NCBI RefSeq assembly: GCF_001194135.2
Contig: NC_069000.1
Location: forward strand, 44,625,833 to 44,689,832
DNA: 64,000 nt
Direction: 5' to 3'
Source of the DNA: Octopus bimaculoides
Lineage: Eukaryota
Shown here: piece by piece, positions 14,543-25,400 of the stretch
Layout: each line of letters starts with the position of its first letter
How positions within the stretch are numbered: position 1 is the first letter of the stretch
Program-made: the position numbers and the translations under genes
The notes under the pieces: model-generated
Database searches by the model: none
Told to the model about the DNA's origin: nothing
Seen by the model: only the letters and a program-made list of their open reading frames with translations

Positions 14543-15451
14543 CTTCATCAATAGAAGATATTGGTGGTGCGGAAAGACAATCGCATCCTTTTTTCCGCTT
14601 TTTGCAGTCTTGCGAGCATTTCATGTTAGCATAGCAGCCATCTTTCCCCATATTACAACTGTTCATGTAAGAATAATCGGACATACTGTTGGACATGGAT
14701 TTGTTTTGATCTGAAGAGTAGCAGCCAAAACTGTTTCCATCTCCGTTTGTGGTCACACGGTTCTGAATCTGGTTGAAAGACGGGAAGACAACTTCTCCGG
14801 TTGAACCCCTGTCCATCACATCTTTATTGGTATTGAGTGGTTCCATACAAGAGTAAGAGCCAGTCGAAGTTCCGTTCGAGTGGCTTCTGCTCTGGCATTG
14901 TCTACCGTTCTCTTTCATGCAAGGAAAATCTCCGTTGCAACATAAATTCTCTTGACGACACGACTTCCCACACGGGGCCGAGCAACAGGGGCTGTCTTGC
15001 ATGCTGCTACAACTTTTGTCATTCTGACACATGTAGCCGCAATCTTTATCCATGTTCTTGGAGCTTAATTTCATCGGGAAACTACCACCGTCCCGGTTAA
15101 GCATCGACTGGTATTGAAATATATTCTCGTTATCTTTCATCCGTCGCATCAGAATCGAAATCGCCTGCGACTTTTTTTTCCCTTTCTGAGAGTTTCCCAA
15201 CAGTTGTGCTATGGCTTTTTTCCTCTCTTCGCGTCGCCTCGCGTTTTCTCGCATGCGTACCAGCCTTTTCTGTCGATGCTCGGGGGGCTCGGTTGCCATG
15301 CGCTGGTGCTGATACCGTTTCATGCGCAGCAGTCGCTTTGTGCGCTGTGTATCGGTCTCTGTATGAAGACGCCTTCGTTGCTTCAATCTCATTTTTAGTA
15401 ATTTTCTGTCTTTTGGCGTCATCATCTCAGCTGTAGCGTTGTCATAGTAAT
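14543..15451 (-). CDS. Second coding exon of UBL-STPR gene: 3 x 23-aa STPR-like repeats plus Cys/Ser/Asn-rich spacer
   Basis: Acceptor tttgttttgtag|AT at 15451 and donor GAAG|GTAAGT at 14543, both phase 1; 909 nt, open throughout. Repeats at 15428-15222 followed by KKAIAQLLG, paralogous to RKAIAQILG in exon 1. Confidence 0.88.
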
Positions 15452-16823
15452 CTACAAAACAAATGACACAACAGAAACAAACATTAAGAAAATATGTTAG
15501 AAGAATAAAAAGAACGACAGAAAACAATTCTTACTAATTTTAACCCAAGGCTAGCAGTTCTGATGTGAAAGGGCAGGTTGATTACATCAACCCTAGTACA
15601 TGACTGGTACTCAAGATCCCTAAAGGATGAAAGGCAAAACTTGACCTCAGAACTTAATGCCAAAAGAAATACTGTTAAGCATTTTGACCAGCATTCTAAT
15701 GGTTCAACCATTCAACCGGCACACTACCTTAATAATAATAATAATAATAATCCTTTCAACTGAAAGTAGAAGGCCTGAAATTTGGGGTAAGGAGACTAGT
15801 TGATTACACCGGCCCCAGTGTTTCACTGGTACTAAATTTATCAACCCCGAAAGGATGAAAGGGAAAGTCGACCTCAGTGGAATTTGAGCTCAGAACATGA
15901 AAACGGACAAGCATTTTGCTCAGCGTGCTAAGGATTCTGCCAGCTTACCACCTTAAATAATAATAATAATAGTTATAGGGTGTGATGGTAATGGCTGCAG
16001 TAGAACTGTGGTAGTGATGTTGGCTTTAGTGTAGTAGTGGTTGTAGTAGTGCTGTGATGGTGGTGTCGGTGACGGTAGTGTTAGGGAGGCTGGGAAAGGT
16101 TACTGTTGTTCCACCCACCCCTGTTTTATTTATTTATTTATTTATTTATTGCAAAAAGAATCTCTGGGCAGATGGGAAGGAGAGGAAGCGTGCAGAAGGA
16201 GGGGGAGGGAGAGGAAGCAATCAGGATGCAGTGGCAGTTAATATCTATGTTGCTTAGCAACAGATCAGTCACTCCACGCCATCACCACTCCAATATACAC
16301 AACTACATCCCAATTCAGATATCACACACACACACACACACACACAAGCAGGCATACACACACAGACAGCCAAACATGTAGATACATGCACACACACACA
16401 CACACCTAAACATACACAAGATATTATCACCTCTGCAAGATAAGAAGCCGGTGGATTGAAAATACAGGCAGGAGAGAGAGAGAAAGAAAAGGGGTAGATG
16501 GAGAAAGAGATAGAGAAAGAGTGGGGGAGAGAGAGTGAGAGAGAGAGAGAGAGACAGAAAGGAGACTGGTAAGAGAAGTATGTATGGAAATACATCAATA
16601 TGTATATGAATGCAAATGTGTGTAGATGAGCGTGTGTGTGTGTGTGTGTGTGTATGCGTGAGTATATATATATATATATATGTATGTATGTACATATATA
16701 TATGTGTGTCTGCATGCGTAAATAAAAATATGTGTGTATATGTGTGTGTTTGTAAATGAATGTGTGTGTGTGTGTAGATGAATGTGTGTGTGTGTGTAGA
16801 TGAATGTGTGTGTGTGTGTGTGT

Positions 16824-17676
16824 NNNNNNNNNNNNNNNNNNNNNNNNNNNNNNNNNNNNNNNNNNNNNNNNNNNNNNNNNNNNNNNNNNNNNNNNNNNNN
16901 NNNNNNNNNNNNNNNNNNNNNNNNNNNNNNNNNNNNNNNNNNNNNNNNNNNNNNNNNNNNNNNNNNNNNNNNNNNNNNNNNNNNNNNNNNNNNNNNNNNN
17001 NNNNNNNNNNNNNNNNNNNNNNNNNNNNNNNNNNNNNNNNNNNNNNNNNNNNNNNNNNNNNNNNNNNNNNNNNNNNNNNNNNNNNNNNNNNNNNNNNNNN
17101 NNNNNNNNNNNNNNNNNNNNNNNNNNNNNNNNNNNNNNNNNNNNNNNNNNNNNNNNNNNNNNNNNNNNNNNNNNNNNNNNNNNNNNNNNNNNNNNNNNNN
17201 NNNNNNNNNNNNNNNNNNNNNNNNNNNNNNNNNNNNNNNNNNNNNNNNNNNNNNNNNNNNNNNNNNNNNNNNNNNNNNNNNNNNNNNNNNNNNNNNNNNN
17301 NNNNNNNNNNNNNNNNNNNNNNNNNNNNNNNNNNNNNNNNNNNNNNNNNNNNNNNNNNNNNNNNNNNNNNNNNNNNNNNNNNNNNNNNNNNNNNNNNNNN
17401 NNNNNNNNNNNNNNNNNNNNNNNNNNNNNNNNNNNNNNNNNNNNNNNNNNNNNNNNNNNNNNNNNNNNNNNNNNNNNNNNNNNNNNNNNNNNNNNNNNNN
17501 NNNNNNNNNNNNNNNNNNNNNNNNNNNNNNNNNNNNNNNNNNNNNNNNNNNNNNNNNNNNNNNNNNNNNNNNNNNNNNNNNNNNNNNNNNNNNNNNNNNN
17601 NNNNNNNNNNNNNNNNNNNNNNNNNNNNNNNNNNNNNNNNNNNNNNNNNNNNNNNNNNNNNNNNNNNNNNNNNNNN
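16824..17676. other. Assembly gap inside intron 1 of UBL-STPR gene. Other gaps at about 567-609, 7433-7536, 9383-9787, 29950-29959, 42359-43033, 47788-47811, 51225-51234, 52037-52424, 60385-60594.
   Basis: Runs of N. Confidence 0.99.
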
Positions 17677-18724
17677 ACAAGGCTTTGGTCAGCCCAAAAT
17701 TCCACGTAGCAGGGCTGAACCTGGAACCAAGTCATTGGGAAGCACACTTTTTACCACACAGCCACACCTTAATAATAATAATAATCCTCACCATTGTTGA
17801 ATGTCCACTTTTCCATGCTTGCACAGGTCAGATGGAATTTACTGAGGCAGATGTTCTAAGGGTGAATGCCCTTCCTGTCACCAACCCTCACCTGTTTCCC
17901 AAGCAAGGTAATATTTTCATGAGAAACTGCAAACAAACAACCTCGCATGTATGATGGTGATGCTCATTTACAACCATCATGTAAGAGTATGCGCAAATGC
18001 ATGTATGTGCACATGTGCGCTTTTTACATGTCGGTTATGTGGTGTCACGTAAAAGGCACCTTTCGAGCATTGAGCCTCACAGTGTCAAAGTGGCCGATGC
18101 CAGTGGCACATGAAAAGCTCCTTTCGAGTGTCGGGCCTCACAGAAGCAATAAAAAATGACCGAGACCTTGGCAGATACTGGTGTCATGCAAATGGCACCC
18201 ATGCCAGTGGCACGTATAAGCACTCATTACACTCTCAGAGTGGTTGGCGTTAGGAAGGGCATCCAGCCATAGAAACCATGCCAAATCAGGAGTTTGGTGC
18301 AGCCTTCCAGCTTACCAGCCCTGATCAAACTGTCCAACCCACGCCAACATGGACAATGGATGTTAAATGACGATGATGATGATGATGATATATATACATA
18401 TATATATAAACACAAGTGTGTTTTAAAATTTACGACAGCTGTTTAGATAGAATTTTTGGTAAAATCTTAAACAGGTGAGATAATACCATGAAGGCAAATC
18501 CAATCTGTGTTGGATAGATTCATCATCATCATCAAGATATTATCTCACTTGTTTATAACTTTATCTGAAGATGGTAGATTATACGTTATGACATAATCTA
18601 TGAATACATCTATAAAATTCTACTGAAACAGCTGTTGGAAATTTTTAAACCTATTTATGCTCCTTTTTTTTTTGTGCCTATGTTGCACCTAGAACTAGTC
18701 CAAAGTCAGATCTACAGCTTAAAT

Positions 18725-18937
18725 AAGGCAGCGAGCTAGCAGAAACGTTAGCACACCGGGCGAAATGCTTAGCGGTATTTTGTCTGTCTTTAGGTTCTGA
18801 GTTCAAATTCCTCAGAGGTTGACGTTAGCTTTCATCCTTTCAGGGTCAATAAATTAAGTACCAGTTGCGTACTGGATCAATCTAATCGGCTGGTCCCCTT
18901 CCCAAAAATTTCGGGCCTTGTGCCTAGAGTAGAAAAG
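18725..18937 (+). mobile_element. SINE of the most abundant local family (ggcgagctggcagaa...ctttcatcctttcggggtc...aagtaccag...ccttgtgcct)
   Basis: Dozens of related copies across the window, e.g. 7580-9380, 15540-15960, 28440-28605, 35060-35760, 55100-55250, 61100-61410. Confidence 0.75.
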
Positions 18938-21179
18938 ATCTACAGCTTAAACTGGATTTGGTATTTACATATCCACAATATCCCACAAACACCTGATACC
19001 TTCATGCTTGTTTTTACCTCACTGTGAACCTGATGGTATTGCACCTAGCCATTTGTGGCGTCCTACATCTTGATGTACCTGGATTCTATTGAATCCTATA
19101 GCTAATCTATATGTGTGTGTGTGTTGTTAATATGCTTCTATAATGCAAAACATAACCACTTATTTAGGACTGCATATGCCCTATAACATTCCAATACATA
19201 CACCCAGTAAATATATTCGTGTTAAAATACACCTGAACACATAATGTAGGTGTGCAGGCTGTAATAATAAAGATGATTGATTTAATGACTTTAATCTATT
19301 TTCCAAATAAAGGATCTTTAATTTCACACATCAAAAGCAAAAAGACTGCTCACGTCATGAAAGTGCACACACACACATATATGCAAACAAACGGATGCAC
19401 ACATACACACACAATATATATGTAATTTTGGGGACTAATGGGTATAAGTGAATTAATGTTGAGTAAAGCACTTTCACAGTATGGGGCTACCTGGTGTCAT
19501 CCATGGTTGGAGTATATTTTTCTGCTGGATTTACATCAGGAATTCTGCAGTGTTGGTTGAGGTAATAATAATCGATGAAGGAAACAGAGGATAGATTTGG
19601 TATTAGACTTTATTCAGTACGACAATTGTTTCGACCCATCCTGCAACTGTCCATTATGGGTACGATTTTGTGCATGAATCTCCACAGTTTGTGGAGATGC
19701 ATAATCATCATCATCATTTAACATCTGCCTTCCATGCAGGCATAAATGATATATATACATACATACATATATATAAGGAGAGAGAGAGAGATGGTGCCAT
19801 ATAAAAAGCACCAAGTACACTCTGTAAAGTGGTTGAAATTAGGAAGGGCATCCAGTCATAGAAACCCTGCTGAAGCACAATTGGAGCCTGGTGCAGCTCT
19901 CTTGCTGGCCAGCTCCTGAAACCATCCAACCCATGCCAGCATGGAAAGCAGAAGTTAAATGATGATGATGATGATACACGTACATACTTACAGATATATA
20001 AAAATCTGCCCCAATGAATGCTGTCTGCAAGCATGAAAAAGTGGATGTTATAAATGATGATGATGGTATTCATATCATCATCCTCTTTACGTCTGTTGTC
20101 CCCATGCTTGCATGGGTCGGACAAGTACTGTCCAGTACATCATACTCCCATCACTTGCAGTATTCCTTTGTCATAATTTAACCCCTTAACTCTTAACATA
20201 AAGCCACCACTCTTAGGGTGTATAGCCTTGCAAGTTGTGCGACTACCTCACTAGTGCCTGCAGCACATAAAACAAAACACCCAGTACACTCTGTAAAGTG
20301 GCTGATGTTAGGAAGGGCATTCAGCTGTAGAAACCATGCCAAAGCAGACCAGACATTGATGTAGTCTTTGGCCCAAGCAAATCCTGTCAGATCATCCAGC
20401 CTATAACATTGTGGAACATGGACATTAATCCTTTATAATACTTTATTAATCCATATTGTTTCAAACTAACCATGGCCCTATCTCATAAATTCGAGATTCC
20501 AATGATGTAACTGTTTATATTTAAAGTAACAGTGCGGGGTAGGTGTGAGAGGCCAGATCTGGCCAATTTAATCATAAAATGGAACAAACATCTGAGCCAG
20601 ACATGGCTTGTTTAAACGTTGTTCCCTCGAACTGGCACAGGTCATTAGAGTGTTGAGTAGAATGCCTTGTGGTATTTCTTCCAGCTCCCACTCTGTGCTC
20701 TGAGTTCAAATCTGCTTTTCATCCTTTTGGGGTTGATAAAAAACAAGTCTCAGGTGAGAGTGATCGACTGTTAGAATTATCAGAGCATCAGATGGGATAC
20801 CTTGTCATTGCAGTTCCAGCTTTATGTCTTGTGAGTTCAAATCCCACCCTGAGACTGAGAAATAGTGACATCTTCTGACAGAAGTTGCGAATAAAAGATA
20901 GTGCATCCATCCTCATTTATCACAGAAGTTTGGTTCCAAAAACACTGATAAAAGAATCATCTCCATGCGTTTTGTAAATGGAATGAATAATAAATTCACA
21001 TATTTTTATTGATCATCTCTACATTTTCCTGTACACTTGTTTGTGTATTTTTGCTAGGATTAAGTGCCTTCATACAAATGAATGGTAGAATCACCAGCAC
21101 AAACTTCGTGGCTCAGAGCAGCAAAGTTTCTACCATCATCTAATTATTTTCATCATCTCTACCTTCTCCCATATCAAAT

Positions 21180-21500
21180 ATATTCCTCGGTTAGAATCAG
21201 GACGCCTTGGTATTTTCTCGGTTCACAGGTCTCATGTTGATGGGTGTGAGTATATAAATCCATATAATAAAAATCCACAGCCTCATACCCGGTCATGTGA
21301 GTACAAGTGATGGTCAGTGCATTTTGGAGAGCTGAACCTCATGGGTGGTCACTGGAGAATTGCTTTTGTGGCACAAACAGAACATTGGACTGATCACCAA
21401 CCTGTGTTATCACAATTCAGTCCATGATAAGCGTAACACAATCCACAAGTGAGCATACTGTTTCACCACCGATCAGTGTTGAATGAATCAGTGATAACCA
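21180..21500 (-). mobile_element. Possible highly decayed Tc1-like DDE fragment
   Basis: GGETV followed by frameshifted CGLCYAYHGL (cf. GGSVMVWGCFAYHG) and PRRPDSN (cf. WPxRSPDLNP). Confidence 0.35.
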
Positions 21501-23225
21501 ATGCTTGCATATATCTTCTATCTTTTACTTGTTTCAGTCATTAGACTGCGGCCATGCTGGGGCATTGCCTCGGAGAATTTTTGGCAAACAAGTTGATCCT
21601 AGTACTTACTTTTCTTTTTAGCCTCCAATCTTCTATGGAAAATATGTCTGGCCATGGGGGAATATTACCTTACTTGGAAACATGTACAGTTGGGGACAGA
21701 AAGGTCATCCAGCTGCCTCAACAAATTCAAGCCAACCCATGCAAGCATGGAAAAGTGAACATTACAATAATGATGATGCACACATATAGTTTAAAGGTGT
21801 GTGGCTATGTGATTAAGGTGTTTGCTTCCCAATTGTGTGGTTGTAGGTTCAATCCCACTGAGTGGCACCTAAGGTAGGCCTAGGTATTTTGTCTTTTTAT
21901 TCTTTTACATGAGTCAGTCATTTGACTGTGGCCATGCTGGAGCATCGTATTTAGTCAAATAAATCAACCCCAGGACTTATTCTTCGTAAGCCTAAAACTT
22001 ATTATGTCGATCGCTTTTGCCGAACTGCTAAGTTACGGGGACGTAAACACACCAACATCGGTTGTCAAGCGATGGTGGGAGACAAACACAGACACACAAA
22101 CATATACATACATACAATGGGCTTCTTTCAGTTTCCATTTACCAAATCAACTCACAAGGCTTTGGTCAGCTCGGGGCTATAGTAGAAGACACTTGCTGAA
22201 GGTGCCACACTGAGGGACTGAACCCAGAACCATGGGAGGCAAGCAACCTACCACACCTGCACCTATGTTTAGAAATATGTCTGTGTGCTTGTTTAAATTT
22301 GCACCGCTCTCAAATTTGCTCAGCAACACGCAGTGATGTTATTGTCATTTCCCCATATCAATGGATCACCTGCTAACTTTGTAATCTTGAAGATGTGTGG
22401 AAATAAGATGTCTAGCATTTGTAAAACACTGGTGAGGGTTAGCAACAGGATGGGCATTCAGCTGTCAAAAACTTGCCACAATAATATATTCATCAAACTC
22501 ATGCTGGCATGGAAAACAGACATAAAATGAACCAACAAAATATACGTTTGAGAATGTCTATATACACACACATACGTGTGTGTATACATACATATATATA
22601 TATTTTTTCTTTTATTTGTTTCAGTCACTTAACTGCGGCCATGCTGGAGCACCACCTTTAGTTGAACAAATTGACCCTAGGACTTATTCTTTGCAATCCT
22701 AATACTTACTCTTTTAGTCTTTTTTGCCGAACCGCTTAGTTACAGGGTCGTAAACACATTAACATCGGTTGTCAAGACACACAAACATATACATATGATG
22801 GGTTTTCAGTTTCCATCTACCAAATCCAATCACAAGACTTTGGACAGCCCGGGGACTGAACCTGGAACCATGTGGTTGGGAAGCAAGCTTTTTACCACAC
22901 AGCCACACTTATAATGTTAATGTTTGTTTTTACGCTCAGTTATTATAAAAGCAATTTTACATTAATCAGATGGGTTACTCTACATATATGTGGGTGTGTG
23001 TATATATATATATTTGTATATATACATATGCATATATTTGTATATTTATATACACACATATGTATATATGCATAGACATATATATGTTTATACACATGAA
23101 CACAGATGTACATTATATGTATAGCAATATATATATATATATACATGTACATACATACATACTATATAAGCATTAACATAATGAGCTGTAAACATTATCC
23201 TATCATTACAATTTGAATTACTCAC

Positions 23226-25140
23226 CTTGACTAATGAGTGGCGAAAATGAAGACCCCAACATGTATTCAAGCTTCCTCTCTAGGGTCCCTACATCTTCTA
23301 ATTGCCCAAAGTCAGCTCCTGTTTCGCCCGGACTGAATGTGGATTTTTTCTTCTTGCGCTTCATTGCTTTCGGTGTAAATGAACAGGATGAATTACCAGT
23401 CTTCTGTTGACCACCAATGTCCAGTAATGTCAAATTGTTACTTTGGTCGCTCTGGCCAGCTTTCGCCGCCGTTCCTTTGCTCGATGGATCAAGTGAACTT
23501 TGAATGGCATCCAGGTTTAACAGATCTTCACTTCGAGGAGTCATTATCTCAGTTCGTACACAGTCAACTTGGGTTGGCTTATAGTTAGGCTTGAGATAAG
23601 GAAAAGCCCCATCTCTATCAGAGAGGCCCAAACCTTGAGCTGCACTAATATAAGAAAATCCACCATCTCTTTCATTCGTTCCAGTTTTACCATTCTCTTC
23701 ACTGATATTACTTTGGGGTGATGTCAGGCAATCAAAGCCCATTTCTTTATCAGTCATGTCTTTATTTTGGTTAGAATGCAAGTGAGAAAATATTCCAGAA
23801 GTATCTGCTTTATCTGCCATACCCTGTTTGTTGAGGCCATCCTTTTCCATAGTTGAGTCCATACAAGGTAAAACAGCCCCACCAGCCGATCCGCGCTCCA
23901 TCCCAGGTTTGTGTCCACCTTGCTGGTTCCTATTCTGGCACTGACTGTTGTTCTCTTTCATGTAAGAGTATTCTCCATTGGAATTTTTCTGACTTGAATC
24001 TAGATAAGACAAATCTCCTTGCCTGTTGTTCTTGTCACATTGGTTGGTGAACCCTGATCCATCCTGGGTATTACAAACATTTTTATCATTTTGACTTAAA
24101 TAGCTGAAATCATCTTGTCTATCATTTGGGTCTTTCTGGCCTTGTTGCTCCATGGATGGAAATCCTTGATTACGACCTGATATATTCTTTGAGTTCATTC
24201 TCATGAAAGACAGGTTGTCGCCGGCTTGTCTCATCAGTAATTCAGCAGTTGAGGTCTTTTTCCGCCCCCTCTTACAAGAAGATCCCAATATCTGTGCTAT
24301 AGCTTTTCTCCTTTCGACGCGCATTCGCGCATTTTCTTTCATACGTATCAGTCTTTTGTGTCTACCATCTGCGTCTTCGGTCTGCATTCGATTCCGTTGG
24401 TTTTTTTGAAGTCTCTGCAAGCGCCTCGATCGATCAGGCTCACTTTCGATATCAATCCGTCGATGTTGATTTATCCTTAACCGCATCAACCTAGCTTCCC
24501 TCTCCGCTAAAGTTTCTCGGGCACGTTTAGCCCGTTCGTAAGCTTTCATCTGCTCCAGCCGCATCTGTTTGTCTTCCAGTGACATATTAGCGTAACGTTT
24601 CCTCTGATATTCTCTCTTTCGGATCTTTTTTTCGCTTCTTTTCTCGTCGTCAACTGAAAACGATCGAGATTGTCTATCGATCCGGCAGTTACCGATCTGA
24701 TGATCAGAATAGCAGCCATAGCTATAGTTGCCATCACAAAAAATCTCGGAAGTGGTGTTACAGTCTAAACATCCGTTTGAAGAATTGAGAAAAACATCCG
24801 GATCGCTGTCATACAAGCTTTCGAAGTTACTGAGGTCAGTTCGGTCGCAGACCTTCCGCGTTTTCGTAGTCTTAGCATGTATTTTACATTCGATGTAGTT
24901 GTTTGTGGGCTTTATGTTCTGTTCGGAGAGAGGGAAATACCATAAGAGGATTTTACCGTTGTGGGTCACACAAAAGTTCTTGCTATCGTAGATAGTTCGA
25001 CTAAGGATGTCACAGAGCGTCTGGTGAGGTTGAAAATCGAGAGTAAAATCACGTCCTGAATCGATTCTGAAGCAAATCTTCATTGCTGCTCCACTACTCG
25101 CTTGTCCTTTCGACATATCACTATAGTTGCAATCAGACAT
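23226..25140 (-). CDS. First coding exon of UBL-STPR gene: ubiquitin-like domain, 4 x 23-aa STPR-like repeats, low-complexity spacer, basic NLS-like KRKKKK
   Basis: 640-aa ORF. Residues 20-90 (MKICFRIDSGRDFTLDFQPHQTL...GKILLWYFPLSEQNIK) align by eye to ubiquitin ([23 protein letters not shown]...GKQLEDGRTLSDYNIQ). Four exact 23-aa repeats at 24585-24310. Phase-1 donor CAAG|GTGAGT at 23226/23225, just before the ORF stop. Confidence 0.88.
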
Positions 25141-25289
25141 GACTTTCTTCCTTCTTACTCTTCTCTGCTTGATGTTGACAATAAAGACTTTACACGTGAA
25201 TCCTTAAAACTGGAATGCGAGTCTTGAGCTAAGTCTTTCAAATGAATGTAATTGGTAAAAAAAAATTGGGGAACATCACAGCCCAAAAT

Positions 25290-25400
25290 GCTGCCTGACA
25301 TGAACTACATTCCGAGCAAATAGGCGAATAGCAGCCGGGTAAGCCAACAACGGTTGGTATAAAACTCGGACAGGAAGTCAGCTGAAAAACAACGCACGGC
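25290..25400. promoter_or_regulatory. CpG-enriched promoter-like region upstream of UBL-STPR gene
   Basis: ACTACATTCCGAGCA (ZNF143/SBS-like, imperfect) at 25304-25318; CAGGAAGT ETS-type site at 25371-25378; TATAAAA on + at 25358-25364; 150-260 bp upstream of the ATG. Confidence 0.45.

Noticed and set aside
11613-25140. Reading the three STPR ORFs as three separate paralogous genes
   Set aside because: ORFs 1 and 2 have consensus phase-1 donors just before their stops, ORFs 2 and 3 have in-frame phase-1 acceptors, and the ORF-2 N-terminus is intronic-looking pyrimidine tract
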